Assembly: GCF_009914755.1 (NCBI RefSeq)
Contig: NC_060932.1
Length of the DNA: 64,000 nucleotides
Strand: one strand, 5' to 3'
DNA from: the human T2T-CHM13v2.0 reference genome, Homo sapiens
Shown here piece after piece: positions 1 to 13,930 of the stretch (within the stretch, counting starts at the first letter, position 1; each line of letters begins with the position of its first letter). The translations under genes and the position numbers were made by a program. Below the pieces are notes generated by a model. It had not been told where the DNA came from. It saw only the letters and a list, made by a program, of their open reading frames with translations, and ran no database searches.

Positions 1-381
1 CTTTCTGCTATAATAGGGGTAAATAAATTATAGGAAGTTAACTTCATTATATTCAAGTTTATATATGAGTGAAACTTCTGGGAAAAAATAACTCATGAGA
101 AAACTCATGATGTCAATAACAATCAAGTTCCAAATTTTCAGATAATTATATTAATACAGGGCTAGAACAGCTTTCTCAGCATTCAAAACAAGCCATGAAT
201 AATTTAAAGAAAAAAAGGAAAAGGAACTTGTGAGCTCTAAGCTGGGTTGAATCATTTATATGCAGATATGTGCACACACACTCACATTATAACTACAAAA
301 CACAGAAGTGTGGTATGTCCAACAACCACCATTCTATGTATTATAAATTAGGCCAAAACAGAATGAATAAGAATGCACATT

Positions 382-684
<303 letters not shown>

Positions 685-1223
685 TCACTGACAGAGGAAT
701 TGTGGAATGAACTGCACATTTTCTATTTGAGTCATATCAAAGTCATTCCACCATTTATTAATGGTTTACTATGTGCCCAGCAGTTCATATGGGAAGATAT
801 GCTAACTGCTCCTCAGAATTTGTAGTTGAGACCCAGAATCAGATGAAGACTCAGCCAGCCCTGCATCCACTCTCATAAAACTGGTCCAGTAGTTACCATT
901 ACTCCAAAATGCTGCTCAAATATTGGAAAAGCTTGAAGAATTCAAATCTCTGCCAACTCTGGGCTCCTGCCACCTGTCTCTACTCTTACTCCAACTCATG
1001 ATGGGATTAACCTTTAGCTTGTTTTCCACTTCTGGATTTGTGGCTGAGTAGACTTTATTCTGGTTCATGATATTTGGTAGTTGAAGCTGCCTTCACAACT
1101 ATTAGCCCCAGTTTCTGATTTGTCATTCTTCAATGATGCCCTTTTTTCCTGTGATACATGTTTTGACATGTAATCATAGATATTTCACACTAAAAGAAAC
1201 TTAGAACCACCATGCCTTAGAAC

Positions 1224-1859
1224 TGAAACTGAAAGCTAATCTGATTAGGCTCACCAATCTTGACCTGCCTTGCTTGTTCTTAGTCACTTGCTTTTAGTTG
1301 ATTTTAAAAACCATATAGCTAAAAGTCATGTAGCTAAACAATATATAACTAAACTCCCACCATCTTTCTTATAGACGGTATCTCTGATGCATAGGTCACC
1401 ATGGAAATGTTTGCTTAAGGTGTTTTCCAGGAACTTGGAGTCAGCTCTTGTCCAGTTCAAGCTAGCTGAGACCACTGACCCTTCAACTGGACCTGAGTGA
1501 ATGTCCAATGGGTGACTTTTTGAGGTCAGAGGGCCAAAATCTCCACCCTCAGATCATGGTAATGCTATTTTGTGAACATGCATCCCATGAAGAGCTATGA
1601 CGCTTGACTACATTCGCACAGATCACTCATTACCTCATTTTTCCTTATACCCAATCACCTTTCCCCATGCTTCAGACCACCTTGCTCCTCTATCCCATAA
1701 ATGTCCCTAAAACACCATCTCCAAGGAGACAGATTTGAGAGCTGTTCTCCCATCTCCTCACTTAGCTGCCTTGTGAATAAAATCTTTTCTCCACTGCAAA
1801 CTTGTCATGTCAGCAATTGGCTTACTGTGCAACAGGCAGAATGAGCCTGGTTTTGTACA
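1224..1859 (+). mobile_element. ERV1-class solo LTR (MER39-like)
   Basis: TG...CA termini, 4-bp TSD GAAC (1220-1223 and 1860-1863), AATAAA near 1776; family name from recall. Confidence 0.7.
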
Positions 1860-3184
1860 GAACCACACACACCATTCTTTCAACAAGCTATGACTGAATA
1901 GCTATGATCAAAGTGAAAAAGACAGTCTTGGCCTTCATGGAGCTAATAGTAAAGCAAAAACGGGGCTCCAAGAACACTGGTTTAGCTGGAGGGGCTCAGC
2001 ATGGGGACGGAGGTGTCCAAACTTCTGCTCTGAAGGAGTTTTTTCCTCCGGTTTTTTGCTTGTTACAGAATGTAACTAGCTTTTCTCCCCATTGGTCCAT
2101 GAGTCCAGGAAGAAACAGTCTTTATATAATCCTTTCCATGTCTCCTGCTGTCTCCTCCTGTCTCTTGATCAGAATGCACAGGCCTTCGGCAGGATCTGAG
2201 ATGTCAACTACTCATCTAATTTAAAGTCAAAACAGGTACACCATAGTTCTAAACCAGGAAAATCACTCTTATATCACCAGTGAGATAGATGTCTTCATAG
2301 CAAATTAAGGTGGAGAGAATGAACATGTTAAAGTTGGGAGAAATATTTCAGGATACCTTGGGGCAGTGAGCCGTGTGGTGCCCGCTCTCAATGATGGATG
2401 GAGCCGCTTGGCAGGCAGCTATCAGAGGGAGAGCAGCTCTTCATGTACAAGACATAAACATCTCTCCAACAGTGACCACTACTGCACACCACACCATCTT
2501 CCCACAAAAGGAAAGTGCTGTTCCCACCAGCCATCACAGACACATGGACGGCAGCAGCAGCGATGGCAGAATCTTGGAATCCTAAAGACAATGACACACA
2601 TTCCAAAGCATGCTGCTATCAGTCTTGTCTCTGGAAGCCAAAAACAACAGCAAAACTGAAGAGTGTTTTAAAATCATGGACCTACAGTTTGATTTTCAAA
2701 AATATGTCCAAAATAAAAATATGTCCAGCCAAATTCACCAAGTGACACAAGAAACATTCTGTGCTCCTGATAAATCTCAACACCACAGAGAACGTTAAGG
2801 GAACGTTTCAAAACAAACAAAGCCAATCCACAGCAGTCCTATATGACAAACTTCAGCAAACAAAGATTACACTTATCCATTCATTTACAGCAAACATTGA
2901 ATTAGAGTTATAAAGAGTACACTTTACTATCTACACCAGAAGCTTATAATTTAGAGGAAAAATAAACATTTAAATTATGAATAATGACACAGTCTACCCA
3001 CTGTAATCCTCACATGGCCCGCGGTGACACGCAAAGTGCCCTTTGGTGTGTCACGGATGGCTCCTGACCCTGCTCCCTGACCAGCAGTCCTTCAGATGCC
3101 AAAGACCCCTATCCTTGGGGGCAAGTAAGGAAAGACGACCCTGCAAGTATGTCACTTGCTTTTGGGGTAGTCCTTGAGCACAGA

Positions 3185-3330
3185 ATAGAGACAGAGACAG
3201 AGAGAAAAAGAAAAAGAAAGACAGAAGCAGGGAAAGTCAGAGAACAATAAAAAAGAGACAAAAGAGAGAGACAGAGAAACAGAAAGAGAGACAGACAGAA
3301 AGAGACAGAGAGACAGAGAGAAAGAGACAG
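3185..3330. repeat. GA-rich low-complexity (AGAGAC-type) tract
   Basis: Repeated acagagag/agagac units. Confidence 0.9.
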
Positions 3331-3491
3331 GGCTCTTCTACCTGGAAGCAGCTAAGCATGAAGTTTCTGGACCAGGCGGTGCTGCCTGTGGGTGGCAAGT
3401 GCTCCCTTGATTCCACACCTCAGCTACTGGTCCACACACGTGGTTCCTCTGCCTCCCTCTCCTCCAGCTGTGGCACTGATATATATCTGCG

Positions 3492-3800
3492 AGGTTCTCT
3501 GACACAACACGATTCCCCAGAAAGCAAAAGTATCCAGCCAGAAAAGAGAGAGTGGGTCACGTGAGGAGGTGTGGTCCAGTGGAGCAGCTGGGAGGGTCCA
3601 CTGTGGCCCCCTCTTCCTCCATGCCCACACCACCCCTTGGTGTCTCTCCCTCTCCTGCTCACCTCGTAGGTTACTCACCCCGCACACCATGTCTCACCTT
3701 CCTCCTGTTTCCCACTCTCTTTGATGAACCAGCAGCACTGCCTGGCTCTGGGTCTCTCTCTCTCTCTCTCTGTCTCTGTCTCTCTCTTTCTCTCTCTCTC

Positions 3801-3838
<38 letters not shown>

Positions 3839-3936
3839 GCTGCTCCGATGGGTCACACCTCCTTGCATGCCCCACTCTCTCTTTTCTGGCTGGATACCTG
3901 TGCTTTCTGGGGAAATCGTGTGGTGTCAGAGAACCT
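3492..3936. repeat. Inverted repeat, ~100-bp arms (3492-3590 and 3837-3936)
   Basis: Manual alignment of reverse complement: 11 mismatches plus 1 gap over 100 columns. Confidence 0.9.
3753..3836. repeat. Compound (CT)n-(TA)-(CA)n microsatellite
   Basis: Directly visible dinucleotide runs. Confidence 0.95.
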
Positions 3937-4714
3937 TGTGGACTTTCAGGATCCAATTTATTTTTTCAGAAGAAGATTCTGATAAACTATTTTGAGGGTG
4001 GGTGGGAGAGCCTGGAGCCAGGGTGGCCTAAGCTCGTCTAGGCAGACCTCAAGCAGCTACTGTGGTCATCAGCAAGCTGGGCAGAGCAGGGAGACACAGG
4101 AACCACCAGGCCAGGTCAGCCCTGAGGACTCCAGGAAGGTTCTGGGGGAATTCGTTCAGAGCAGGGGGAGGCTGAGGATCCTAAGTTCGGGACTGATCTT
4201 ATTTTGCCTTCAGGCTGGGGTGACCCAGTGTCTCTAGGGTTGTATGAAGTCTGTGTGGAAGGTGGGAAGGAGGAAGAGGCTGAAGACATGGGGCTGAGAC
4301 AAGGTAGCATGGGTCTGTCCTGCAAAGGTCAGGGGCAGAGTTAATGAAGTTAGAGTCACCATAGAACCAAGAGGACCAGGGAACCAACTACAGGGAGTGC
4401 CACAGGAGTGTCTTGGAGGGTCCAACTTGGAAAATTGAGGGGCACTGACCCCATTAAAGGCAAAAGCAAGACAACTACACAAGGCATTCACTGCACACTA
4501 ATGTGCCTGCTATGGTTCCAGGTAAATTACACACACCTACTTCAACACTTATAGCAACACAACTGTGATCTAGAGTTTCAAAGATAGATGTAGCCTGGAA
4601 TATGAAGAGAAAGGGCTAAAATAGTTTGGAATAAAGAGGGTCAGAAATAGCAGGATGATAATAGGATGAACTATGGATATATGCAAACCCACACATTTGA
4701 AAACAAAAGCACTA

Positions 4715-4880
4715 GCTAACATTTGACTATTTGCTCTATGTCAAACGCCATGCTTAGCCTTTACATATATCATTTAATCCTCATGACAAACAAGGAGGTA
4801 AGTAGTTTTCTTACCCTCCTGCCCACGCTTCTTTTTTAAAAAATCATATTCAAGGTCAGTGCTAGTAAGGCAGGGAGCCA
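4715..4880 (-). mobile_element. MIR remnant
   Basis: agctaacattt...catttaatcctcatgacaa...gaggtaagta resembles the reverse-complement MIR core. Confidence 0.55.
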
Positions 4881-6104
4881 GCCACAGCTTCTGCCTCTAG
4901 AGCATGACGTGGGAAGCATCACATTACAGCCATTCTTTCACTCAGCCACAGGACACAGACACAGGCTTCTGTGGACCCTCTGGGAGAAGAAGGGGCTGTA
5001 AGACAGTCTCACTGCATAATGCTACTAATGAGCAGGGAGGGACATCATAGTGCAGAGAAACAGACTCAGGGTGAACTAGACACCAAAAAGGAAGACCAAT
5101 AGCCCAACCACCTTCTAGAATTCCACGACCACCTTCTAGAATTTGTTCCCAAGCTTCCATCTCAGGAAACAAGAAGGGCAACCCAGATTTATTTTTGTAC
5201 TGGGACTCCTCTTTAGAAGTCAAATGAAGTCAAATTACTTTGCTACAGTTTTACAATGCTAGTTACTTTTATTCACATTTATTAAGTTTAACATTCTGCT
5301 AAGAAACAATGTTTTCAAACTTTCACATTGAAAAGTCCTTCCTTAATTAAGCATATACAATTTACCATTTTCAGCAGTAATCCATTTGCACAACTAATTC
5401 CTCAAGATTATTCCACTGAACTGAATCTTTATGTGTAATGTACAAAAAACTGATTTGTAGCCTTTCTTTCTTTCATGAAATACTAGCTTAAACATTAGCA
5501 CTGCTATGGGGATTAAGATTCAGAAAATCTTAGGGACATGTAAATTGAGATAATGAAAAGATAGTTAATATGTAGAATAGAATTTTAAATGAGCATTAAA
5601 TACTAATTGTAAGTGTAATTTCAGCACTTTGAAATGAATGTTTTTATTCAGTCTAATTTAGAAGAAAGTCATTTAAGTAAAATTCTGCAATTTTAACTGT
5701 TTAATGGTAGTTGAAACAACAGAATTCTTTCATTTTATAATATTCAAAACTTTAAGTGACTGTTTAAACTGTGATTTGCATTCTGTTTCTGCTACTGTTT
5801 GAGGCGAATATCAAAACAGTTCTCCCCACTTAAAAGCAATAATGTTGCACCTCCTAAAATTAAAAGGAATGTAACTTCCAATAGTACTCACTAGTTAATA
5901 AAATATTTTTTACTAACTATCATTTTTAAAGGCTATTCTTTATTGCTTTCCAGAGAAGTATGCTCAGTGTTACTTTTTCTAAATTGTCCATGGTTAGGAA
6001 GATTAAAATATTAACAACTTTAGATTGAGTAGGTGTTTAATTTAACCATGTAAACCTTCTGACTATGTAAGTTCACAAAAGAGGCTTAAAAAGGTAAATT
6101 AGGG

Positions 6105-6433
<329 letters not shown>

Positions 6434-7028
6434 TTATAAAGTTTACATAAAATGTCAAGAAAAATACATTTAATATCATAATACATTTTCAATCCTCAGA
6501 TACATGATACATTTTAAAGTTATTGTGAAATTTTACTCTGCATAGAATTCACACAGTCAAGAGGTTTCTGAAAGTCTATGGTAACAGAATGATTTATTTC
6601 CTTCTAAAATTAAATATGTACCTAAGTATAATGTAGTGGGTTTTGTTCTCCCATTAAATACATTGAACATATATTTATACAATTGTTATTCACTTAGGTA
6701 GGTTGCTTATTAATTACTATCTATCCACCCACAAAGGCCATTACTACAAATTTATAGGCTGATCTGATTACTAAAATAAGAAGACTCAGTAGTTTAAGAG
6801 TGAAAACAAAGCTAATGAAATTTTGCATTCCCCAAAGAGAAGAAGCTATGTAGAGAATAAGCAGAAAATCAGTTGTCTTAATATTTATTAACTTTATCAT
6901 GAAATTAATCAAAAATACCAAAACCAACTTAAATGGCTCGTTATATTGCCATTCCAATGGGTAACATTTTCAAGTCCACATGGAATACATTTCTCTGATT
7001 CTCTACAGGGTTCATCAGTGTCACCCTG

Positions 7029-8105
7029 TGTTGCGGGAAGTCAAGGACCTTGAACGGAGGGACTAGCTGAAGCCATGGCAGAAGAACATAAATTGTGAAG
7101 ATTTCATGGGCATTTATTAGTTCCCCAAATTAATACTTTTATAATTTCTTATGCCTGCCTTTACTGCAATCTCTGAACATAAATTGTGAAGATTTCATGG
7201 ACATTTATCACTTCCCCAATCAATACTCTTGTGATTTCCTATACCTGTCTTTACTTTAATCTCTTAATCCCATCATCTTCATAAGCTGAGGATGAATATC
7301 ACCTCAGGACCCTGTGATGATTGCATTAACTGCACAAATTGTTTAAACAATTTGAAAGTTGGGCACCTTGAAAAAAGAACAGGATAACAGCGATGTTCAG
7401 GGAACAAGGGAGATAACTATGAGGTCTGGCTGCCTGAGAGCAGGGTGGAACAGAGCCATATTTCTCTTCTTTCAAAAGCAAATAGGAGAAATATCGCTGA
7501 ATTCTTTTTCTCAGCAAGGAACATCCCTGAGAAAGAGAATGCGTTCCCAAGGGGAGGTCTCTAAAATGGCCACTTTAGGAACGGCTGTCTTTTACAGTTG
7601 TGTAAGGAACGAAATAAGCCCCGGTCTCCTGTAGCGCTCCCAGGCTTATTAGGACGAAGAAATTCCCGCCTAATAAATTTTGGTCAGACTGGTTGTCTGC
7701 TCTCAAACCCTGTCTCCTGATAAGATGTTATCAATGACAATGCGTGCCCAAAACTTCATTAGCAATTTTAATTTTGCCCCAGTCCTGTGGTCCTATGATC
7801 TCGCCCTGCCTCCATTTGCCTTGTGATATTTTATCACCTTGTGAAGCATGTGATCTCTGTGACCCACACCCTATTCGTATACTCCCTCCCCTTTTGAAAA
7901 TCACTAATAAAAACTTGCTGGTTTTGCGGGTTGGGGGGCATCACAGAACCTGCCGACATGTGATGTCTGCCCCGGACACCCAGCTTTAAAATTTCCCTCT
8001 TTTGTACTCTTTCCATTTATTTCTCAGGCCAGGCGACACTTAGAGAAATAGAAAAGAACCTACGTGAAATAGCATTGAATTATCGGGGGCTGGTTTCCCC
8101 CAATA
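7029..8105 (+). mobile_element. MER11 solo LTR (HERV-K11/HML-8; MER11C-like)
   Basis: Starts tgttgcgggaagtc; internal duplicated gaacataaattgtgaagatttcatgg; perfect 6-bp TSD ACCCTG (7023-7028, 8106-8111); 1077 bp. Confidence 0.9.
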
Positions 8106-8109
8106 ACCC

Positions 8110-8420
8110 TGACAAAGTCTCTATCCTTGACTAAACCTTATACAGGCTCCTCTAACCCCCTCTTCTCAATGAGGCCTTGACCTGGCACCTTGCTTTTGGT
8201 CTGCTAGTCCAGTGGTAGCAAGAATACTGTTAAGTTGTATTTTTTAGCAAGAATTCCTCCCACCCTTGATGTACCCTCTTAAGTCATTTTCCATCCAATG
8301 ATTCCCTCATTCTGCTTGCTGGGTGTAATTCCCCAGCTGTCCTGACTGTATTTAAAGTAGAGCCCCACCTCTTTCCCCTCCTGCAATGGTCTTGACATGT
8401 ATCACAATAGTCCTAAATAA
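8110..8420 (+). mobile_element. ERV1 LTR remnant (MER31-like)
   Basis: tgacaaagtctctatccttgactaaacctt...caggctcctct resembles the recalled MER31 5' end. Confidence 0.55.
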
Positions 8421-8754
8421 TTTTTTCTTTAACTCTCTCCCTTCTGTTTTGTTCTGGTTTTAATGCTGTTTATTAGCCTAGGAACAAATGTAGACATAGA
8501 CAGTCCACAACAGATGGCCCCTCTACACCTTACAGCTGGCAACTTATGATACGTCACTATGGGTTTACAAAAGTCCAGATTCAAACTTCCAATATTTTCA
8601 TATTAAAGTAAAAGCAAAGCAAGTATACAAAGTAAAATGCTTTAGCTACTCATTTCCTATATGATGTCTTACAGCCACATGCCCATTTAATATATGCAAA
8701 ATGGGTGATAGTCTCTAAAACCTGTTAAATATCACTGCTTCCTCCCATGGTGGG

Positions 8755-8955
8755 AATACGAGTTCCAATCTTCCAACATTGACCCAGTAGGGTGACTGTG
8801 GCAAGTCGCTTAATGCCTCTAAGCCTGCTTCCACATCCCCAAAGTAGGAATAACATTATTATCTACCTTATAAGATGGCTGCGATAATTAAATGTGTCAA
8901 TACACACCAAGTGCTTGGGATGACACTTGGAATGCAAGAATTCTTAATCAACATA
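8755..8955 (+). mobile_element. MIR remnant
   Basis: gtgactgtggcaagtcgcttaatgcctctaagcct...taacattattatctacctta core similarity. Confidence 0.6.
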
Positions 8956-9186
8956 AACTGCACAAAAATAAATCAGAACAAGAAAGTGAAACCATAGCTG
9001 CCACTGGGTACCAACTGCCAGATAAAATATCAAAATCAGCCATTCACAGAAAGTGGTCCACTTATTTTCCAAGTTTATGTTCAGTTCTCAAGTTTCGGTT
9101 CAGTGAATTTTTAACACAAATTTAGTCAGTACCAAGTACACAGCCTTCATGAAGTCAACTGGATGTCATAAGTTATTCTTTGGTGT

Positions 9187-9503
<317 letters not shown>

Positions 9504-9622
9504 TTATTCTTTGGTGTGTATTGGAAAATACAAAAGGAACAGAAATATAGAGCCAGGGATGAAAGCCATAGATACTAGCAAATGCTCACAAGCTCAAGAC
9601 CTGAAGTAAATACTTATCAATT

Positions 9623-9880
9623 GGCCGGGTGTGGTGGCTCACGCCTGTGATCCCAGCACTTTGGAAAGCAGAGGCGAGTATATCACAAGGTCAGGAGATC
9701 GAGACCATCCTGGCTAACACAATGAAACCCCTACTAAAAATGAAGCTGAGGCAGGAGAATGGTGTGAACCCAGGAGGTGGAGCTTGCAGTGAGCCGAGAT
9801 CGCGCCACTTGCACCCCAGCCTGGGTGACAGAGCAAGAATCTGTCTCAAAAAAAAAAAATCAATAAATTAATAAATAAAC
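9623..9880 (+). mobile_element. AluY-like element with internal deletion
   Basis: Left arm runs to ctactaaaaat then jumps to gctgaggcaggagaatgg; rest of the linker and start of the right arm are missing. Confidence 0.9.
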
Positions 9881-10064
9881 AAAACCAGTGAGACCTTGTA
9901 TTCCTTCACAAAAGATTTTTCACTACTATGAAATTCATGACGGTGACTTTGGAGGGTGACTACTGGGAAGTTCTTTCCTGTCTCCCACACGGCAGGCTAT
10001 GTTTCTTAACTCAACCTATGTAATATCCTCATCACTCCTCTCCACACACATTTTTTAAGACATA

Positions 10065-10270
10065 ATTCGCTAATAGAGTGGTTACTATGGATCAGGAGCT
10101 CTTGAGGGATGTGATGCTCATTATTTATTTCCTACTCACAACTTTTCCAGTGAGATATTATTATTATTACAGAAGAAGATACAGGCTCCAAGAGACTGCA
10201 CATGTTGCCCAAAATGACAGGACTGGAAAGTGGCAGAGCCATGATCCAAGCTCAAGTCAGCTAGACTTAA
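10065..10270 (-). mobile_element. MIR remnant
   Basis: ctcacaac...attattacagaagaagatacaggctc...ttgcccaaaatgacag...aagtggcagagc. Confidence 0.6.
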
Positions 10271-11440
10271 CATCCAGCTCGTTCTTCTCTGCTTTGGAGC
10301 CTCCCACGCTTTCACTTTTAAATGAAAGATAATGATAATTCTTAAAATAACTGCTATGTCTTCTTTTTGGCATTCCAATTGCTGCCAGAAGCTATATTTT
10401 ATTTCTGATTCAGTTCTTGCGAGTATTCTTCCTTTCCAACAGTATGCTCTTTTACTTTCTAAAGAACACACTGAATTTTGCTATTTACAGTTCTGAGATT
10501 TAAAAACTGACAATCTAGGAGGAACTTTTATGTTGCTGATGACTTTTCACTGGATCTTGACTTTTTTCCACTTCAGGGATATCACCCTGACCTGGCTCTC
10601 ATAGGATTATGAAACACTATATCCACTGATAACCATAAACAAAGAAACATGTTAAAATAAATGACCACTAATGAAAAGGGGGTAGAGTAGAAAAGATAAT
10701 ACTGTAGTGAGACTATGCATAGATATTAACATTTTATGTTTATAGGTTGATAGCTTCCCATCAGTACACAAGCTCTGTGTGATTAAAACATGCCCTCCTC
10801 CCCTATGCACCTCATCAACCAGTTTCCAAGTGTCCTCTAGGCCAAGGCTGTGTGCAAGGGAAGGCCACACATATCATGATCTGACGGCGAGGCGAAGTCC
10901 CTGTGGGCACCTATGTGAGTTTCCAGGGTATCTGAGTGAGAACTGCCATCCAATCCAAACAACCTGTCACAAAAATCCCAGATGTCGGGAACCCCTGACA
11001 GTAAGAGTGAGGAAAGGAATCAAAACAGGCCCAGTGGAGATGGCACAGTACAGTCATGCAGGGCACAGAGAGGAGGGGATGGGGCTGACACTGAGAACTG
11101 GCCCATTACCTGGAGAAAGCCTGTGCCCAGAGAAGTTAGGCCCAGGCAGCAGAAAGAAAGGATGAGCAGAGACAGGGAGTGCTGATGGCACGCAGCTCCC
11201 AGTTCTGGTCCACCAAGTATGTGTGCCCATAAATTCTATCTCATGGATTCCGCTCTGACAATTGTGCATGTTCTTGGTAACCAGAAGGCTGCCACATAAT
11301 AGTTGGCTGTCTTCATCCCTTTTCAGCTGTGACAATGATAGCAGCACAACTTAGGTCAAATATAATCACACACAAACACAAGGCAGGCAGGGACATCACT
11401 TGCAGGCTGTAAGGGGGCATCTCAAGCCTGGCTTTTCAAA

Positions 11441-11887
11441 GCACTGTTCCCACACTCACACTGTAGTCACCAGACAGCTTGTTAGAAACGCAGAGCCTCA
11501 GCCTGGTGTGGTGGCTCATGCCTGTAATCCCAGCACTTTGGGAGGCTGAGGTGTGTGGATCACCTGAGGTCAGTAGTTCAAGACCAGCCTGGTCATCATG
11601 GGAAATCCCATATCTGCTAAAAATACAAAAATTAGCTGGGCGTGATGGCAGGTGTCTGTAATCCCAAACTACTGAGGAGGCTGAGGCAGGAGAATCACTT
11701 GAATTCAGGAGGTAGAGGTTGCAGTGAGCCAGGATCACGCTGCTGCACTTCAGCCCAGGCAATACAGTGAAACTCTGTCTTAAAAAAAAAGAAATGCAGA
11801 GCCTCAGGCCCTCCTAGGACCTGCTGATTCCAAACAGGCTGTATAACCCAGTGATTTGCATGCACAATAAAGTTTGAGGGACACTAA
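11441..11887. mobile_element. MER5-like hAT-Charlie DNA transposon split by an Alu
   Basis: gcttgttagaaa(c/t)gcaga...gtgatttgcatgcacaataaagtttgag typical of MER5A. Confidence 0.6.
11500..11789 (+). mobile_element. Alu SINE (AluS)
   Basis: Full Alu; TSD agaaa(c/t)gcagagcctca. Confidence 0.95.
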
Positions 11888-12084
11888 TGTAGATAGCTGA
11901 AAATGCCACCAAAATGAAATAATATATATTTTCTCAAAGAAAATTCTCAGACACCCAAAAATACATATGTAAATTCCCATATGGGTTTCCAAGAACCCCA
12001 GGTCAAGAAACACTGTTCTAGGAGACAGTGCGCATACTTGTTTATCCTACAATGAGAAACCTTTAAAACTCATGGATGGGGAGT

Positions 12085-12700
<616 letters not shown>

Positions 12701-13569
12701 AGCACATAGGTTAAATAAAATATTTATATTATAGGCATGCATTGTGGAAAGGAGACCTCTATAAATCAGAAGGCTGTTTCCTTTGTGACGAATGTTTTCT
12801 ACAGTGAAAAAGCGGAGAGGAAGCATGCAGCCTCTTATTTCTCTGACTTTGTGTGCCTTGTGTAGATGCTTGGCGCACATGCATGCATGTGGCCTTGATT
12901 TGCTATTTTCTGCCATGTTGTTTGCAAGTGTTAAAGAATGAGTATACTTGCAGCCATCATAAAAGAGCTGCTGATTCAAATGGCTTTGGGCTGCGAAGTC
13001 ACCATCAGCTGGGACTTCACAATGCATGGAGATACATCAGCTTTCTGGGAACACCTCAGTTTTCCCGTGGCTCTTCGTCCAGTTGTAGGGTTTGGTCTCT
13101 TGATATTGATTCACTTTACAATTTTTCTGATTTTTACTTTCTTCTACTCATAACCTTCCTTTTAGTGGAAACTCTTCAGTGGCATAACTGCATTCACATA
13201 AAACATGTTTCCTGGGCTCCTACCCTGCCAGAGACAGGAAAAGGCCAAGGAAAATATGTTACCACAGGGGAGAAACAGGGTGGTCCAGCCTGGCAAGAGG
13301 TGCCTGATATCTGCTGCTCACATGAGCTCACGAACTCATTGATCCTTGCTATTCAATATCCATTTCCAGATATTATCCTCTGATGTCATAATCCAATCCA
13401 GAGCAAGAAAAGCAAAAGCCCTCTTGGAACACAGGCACATGTGCACTCTCACCGCCAGCTTTGGCCAAGGCTGCTCCTGCCCAGAATACCGCCCCATCCT
13501 CCTCATGGTGACTTCCAGTTCATCCTTAGCTATGGCCTCCTCACCACATGTGTTCAAATGACCTGCTGC

Positions 13570-13930
13570 TACACAGTTAACCACAGTGTAGGTCAGGAAT
13601 TTGGACAAAACACAGTAGGGTGGCTGTTCTCTGCCCATTGGTGTCTAGGGGCTCAGATGATAAGAAGGAAAGACTGACCTCACAGGACCATTGCCAGGAG
13701 TGCCCACCCACAGCCTCCGGGGGCTGGACTCTTACAAGGGGCCTACTGCTCCAGGAGTGAGTGTTCCAGCAAATAGAGCAGTGTTGCCTGGCCTTCAGAG
13801 ATGCCTTGGGCTTCCCCCTTATTGTGTGGATTAAAGCAGTCACAGCACCTCCAGGTTCAAGGAGAAGGGCTTAGCTCCAAGCTCAAGGGCAAGAGGGTCA
13901 AAGAATCAGCCACCATGTTTCAAAGCCACC
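13570..13930 (-). mobile_element. Old MaLR (MLT1-type) LTR remnant
   Basis: cacagtgtaggtcaggaatttggaca... and agcagtcaca...aggttcaaggagaaggg resemble MLT1 family motifs. Confidence 0.4.

Noticed and set aside
3024-3056. Short hairpin gtgacac...aaag/cttt...gtgtcac with a CTCF-like core
   Set aside because: Stem is too short and imperfect to distinguish from chance
3552-4041. 147-aa and 106-aa ORFs
   Set aside because: Kept open by the stop-free CT/CA microsatellite (SLSL, HTHT runs)
5107-5143. 16-bp direct repeat accaccttctagaatt with a 5-bp spacer
   Set aside because: Only two copies; ordinary micro-duplication, not an array or CRISPR-like structure
12853-13383. 176-aa ORF
   Set aside because: No recognisable domain, non-ATG start, no supporting splice structure; chance intronic ORF
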